Assembly: GCA_964407825.1 (NCBI GenBank)
Contig: CAYOXD010000001.1
Span: 46,032-110,031, forward strand
DNA length: 64,000 nt
Direction of reading: 5' to 3'
Source: an uncultured Desulfobacterales bacterium
GTDB lineage: Bacteria > Desulfobacterota > Desulfobacteria > Desulfobacterales > JAFDDL01
Below are positions 61,822 to 64,000 of this stretch, in pieces. The first letter of the stretch is position 1. The number at the start of each line of letters is the position of its first letter. The translations under genes were made by a program, and so were the position numbers. The notes under the pieces were generated by a model, which saw only the letters and a program-made list of their open reading frames with translations, made no database searches and was not told the origin of the DNA.

Positions 61822-63968
61822 TGCCGCCCAAGGATCTCAAAACCTACCGCAGGGAAGTGGCAGGGGCCCTCTCCGACCGGTTTCTGCGAAGGGCCATGGA
61901 CAACTTCGCTGTCACCTATCGATCGGGACGCGATCGCGTCTTTGCCGGAATGGACGTGGAGACGCTGGTTCAGGATATCGCCCGGCTGAAAAGCCTGGCC
62001 ATCGGGCAGATCGATTCTCTATTGGAGCAGTTCAAGGCCAACGCCGAACGGGCCGGTGTCCAGGTCCACCTGGCGAGCACGGCCCAGGAGGCGAACGCGA
62101 TCATCCACGCCATCGCCCGTGACAACGACGCGCGCCGGGTGGTCAAATCCAAGTCCATGACCGCCGAGGAAACAGGTCTCAACCGCTACCTGGAGGATCG
62201 GGGGATCGAGGTCACCGAGACGGACCTGGGGGAGTGGATCGTTCAACTGCGCCGGGAGGGGCCCTCTCACATGGTCATGCCCGCCATCCACCTGTCCCGC
62301 CACCAGGTCGCCGGCCTTTTCGGCCAAGTCACGGGCAAGGCCCAAAACGCCGACATCGAGGCACTGGTCAAGGTGGCGCGCCGGGAACTCCGACAAAAAT
62401 TTTTCGATGCCGACATGGGCATCACCGGCGCCAATTTCGCCCTGGCGGACACGGGCGCCATCGGGCTGGTGACCAACGAGGGAAACGCCCGCCTGGTGAC
62501 CAGCCTTCCGGCGGTGCATGTGGCACTGGTGGGCCTTGAAAAGCTGGTCCCCAGCCTGGACGAGGCACTTCGCATCCTGCGGGTGTTGCCGCGAAACGCC
62601 ACGGGGCAGGCCATTTCCTCCTATGTCACATGGATCACCGGTGCTACGGAATGCACCGTTTCGCCCGGCGGACGAAAACGAATGCACGTGGTGTTTCTGG
62701 ACAACGGACGCCGGGACCTCGCCCAAGACCCCATCTTCTCCCCTGTACTGAGGTGCGTTCGCTGCGGAGCCTGCGCCAACGTGTGCCCGATCTACCGGAT
62801 GGTGGGCGGTCACCGGTTCGGTCATATCTACATCGGCGCCGTGGGGCTTATTCTGACCTATTTTTTCCACGGCCGGGACAGGGCCCGGCATCTGGTTCAA
62901 AACTGCCTCAACTGCGGTGCCTGCAGGAGTGTCTGCGCGGCCGGCATCGATCTGCCCCACCTGATCCAGGAGGTGCACGCCCGCATCACGGATGAAGAGG
63001 GCCACCCCCTGAAGGGGCTGCTGCTGTCCCATATGCTGACCCATCGGCGGGTCTTCCATGGCCTGCTAAAGACGGCCCGGGCGCTCCAGCCGCCCGCCAC
63101 GGAGGCAACCCCCTACCTTCGCCACCTGCCCCATATCTTTTCCGAGGAGCACCGGTTCCGGGCCCTTCCCGCCCTGGCGCAGAGAGCCTTCAGGGACCAG
63201 TGGCCGGAAATCCGGCGCCGGACCCGCTCCCCAAGGGCGCACGTCGCCCTCTTTGCCGGTTGCCTCCAGGATTTTGTCTACCCCGAGCACCTGACAGCGG
63301 CCTGTGATCTTCTGGCAAGGCTGGAGGTGGCGGTCTCCTTTCCCATGGATCAGTCCTGCTGTGGATTGCCGGCCCTGATGATGGGCGAGACCCGCTCGGC
63401 CCGACAGGTGGCCAGAATGAATCTGGAGGCCATGGCCGCCACCGGTGCGGACCATGTGGTGACCCTCTGCGCCTCGTGCGCATCGCATCTTAAAAATACC
63501 TATCCAGCGCTCCTGGGAAGCAACCCGGCCCTCTCGGCTCAGCTGGCGGCCTTTGCCGAGCGGGTCGTGCCCTTCTCGGTCTATTTGAACGACATTTTGG
63601 GGGTGACAGCCGCAGAGATCCGCAGCCCGGCGACCTCGGTCACCTGGCATGCCCCCTGCCATCTATGCCGGGGCCTGGGGGTTCGGCGCGCGCCCCTGGA
63701 ACTCATCCGAAAGGCCGGACACCGCCTCCTGCGGGCAGCCGAGGAGGAAACCTGCTGTGGATTCGGCGGCACCTATTCGAGCCGGTTCCCGCGGATCTCG
63801 GCTGAAATTCTGTCCCGGAAGCTCGATGACGCCATCAAGACGCATGCCCGGGTCCTGGTGACCGAATGCCCGGGCTGCATCCTTCAGCTTCGCGGCGGGG
63901 CCGTGAAACGAAAGGACCACCTGCTGATTCGGCACCTTGCGGAGCTGTTGGCGGATGTGAAGCGTTAG
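61821..63968 (+). CDS. lutB: Fused LutB-LutA: LUD domain + 2x[4Fe-4S] ferredoxin + two CCG cysteine-rich domains
   Basis: Start at MPPKDLKTYRRE. Motifs: ADTGAIGLVTNEGN (LUD), CVRCGACANVCP and CLNCGACRSVC (ferredoxin), CCGLPA and CCGFGG (LutA/HdrD-like CCG). The track ORF from 61386 is an over-extension across lutC. Confidence 0.8.
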   Translation: MPPKDLKTYRREVAGALSDRFLRRAMDNFAVTYRSGRDRVFAGMDVETLVQDIARLKSLAIGQIDSLLEQFKANAERAGVQVHLASTAQEANAIIHAIARDNDARRVVKSKSMTAEETGLNRYLEDRGIEVTETDLGEWIVQLRREGPSHMVMPAIHLSRHQVAGLFGQVTGKAQNADIEALVKVARRELRQKFFDADMGITGANFALADTGAIGLVTNEGNARLVTSLPAVHVALVGLEKLVPSLDEALRILRVLPRNATGQAISSYVTWITGATECTVSPGGRKRMHVVFLDNGRRDLAQDPIFSPVLRCVRCGACANVCPIYRMVGGHRFGHIYIGAVGLILTYFFHGRDRARHLVQNCLNCGACRSVCAAGIDLPHLIQEVHARITDEEGHPLKGLLLSHMLTHRRVFHGLLKTARALQPPATEATPYLRHLPHIFSEEHRFRALPALAQRAFRDQWPEIRRRTRSPRAHVALFAGCLQDFVYPEHLTAACDLLARLEVAVSFPMDQSCCGLPALMMGETRSARQVARMNLEAMAATGADHVVTLCASCASHLKNTYPALLGSNPALSAQLAAFAERVVPFSVYLNDILGVTAAEIRSPATSVTWHAPCHLCRGLGVRRAPLELIRKAGHRLLRAAEEETCCGFGGTYSSRFPRISAEILSRKLDDAIKTHARVLVTECPGCILQLRGGAVKRKDHLLIRHLAELLADVKR

Positions 63969-64000
63969 GCGCCTGTCCCCCAAAATCGCACTTGAGGCTT

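Noticed and set aside
62019-63059. 346-aa minus-strand ORF, and similar ones at 29255-30298, 30377-31339, 34038-35048, 12973-13923 and 11274-12179
   Set aside because: All are antisense to genes with strong family signatures (lutBA, recD2, the minD-like gene, cbpA, the acidic zinc-ribbon gene). All have Arg/Pro/Gly-rich translations and none has a plausible SD.
1-64000. Search for CRISPR arrays, rRNA, transposases, prophage or known defence-system genes
   Set aside because: No regularly spaced repeat-spacer structure, no rRNA-like conserved blocks, and no transposase, integrase, terminase or recognisable defence-protein signatures appear in any frame of the ORF track or in the gaps I read.

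Overview
GC-rich 64-kb chromosomal segment. Gene content (multihaem cytochrome plus system II cytochrome c biogenesis, sigma-54 enhancer-binding protein, MJ0042-type zinc ribbon, receiver-fused PPDK_N kinases, lactate-utilisation genes, many USPs) fits an anaerobic Desulfobacterota/deltaproteobacterial-type organism; that placement is inference only. I recognise about 50 protein-coding genes and one tRNA-Met(CAU). I see no rRNA, CRISPR array, transposase, integrase or obvious defence island. Left to right the window holds: a partial Tat-dependent molybdopterin oxidoreductase, pentahaem cytochrome and ccsBA; an M16 peptidase; a histone-H1-like small protein; a PLP decarboxylase; tRNA-Met; an acidic zinc-ribbon/DUF3426-like protein; hpt, cbpA-like and mnmG; a radical SAM gene; a CheZ-like gene next to a PAS-GGDEF cyclase; a receiver-PPDK_N protein; cspA; parC-parE; an AI-2E transporter; recD2; a GspE-like pseudo-ATPase with a MinD-like ATPase and an HD protein; split purH; a PHA-synthase locus with four paralogous phasin-like genes; a gene-poor, lower-GC stretch (about 41.1-47.5 kb); and a histidine kinase/sigma-54 activator flanked by two predicted sigma-54 operons (USP-TauE-TIGR02186-PpsA-like-REC-USP-USP, and lutC-lutBA). 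The four items I rate highest: (1) the GspE-family protein has eight tandem MshEN-type c-di-GMP-binding motifs and a degenerate Walker A, and is coupled to a MinD/ParA-type ATPase; (2) a self-consistent sigma-54 regulon has paired upstream repeats spaced exactly 82 bp at both promoters; (3) the lutC leader can form a terminator or an antiterminator; (4) a 1.3-kb gene-less gap has oddly oriented intrinsic terminators and two mini-ORFs. All calls rest on motif recognition by eye in the supplied ORF translations and raw sequence. No database search, HMM run or folding computation was done.
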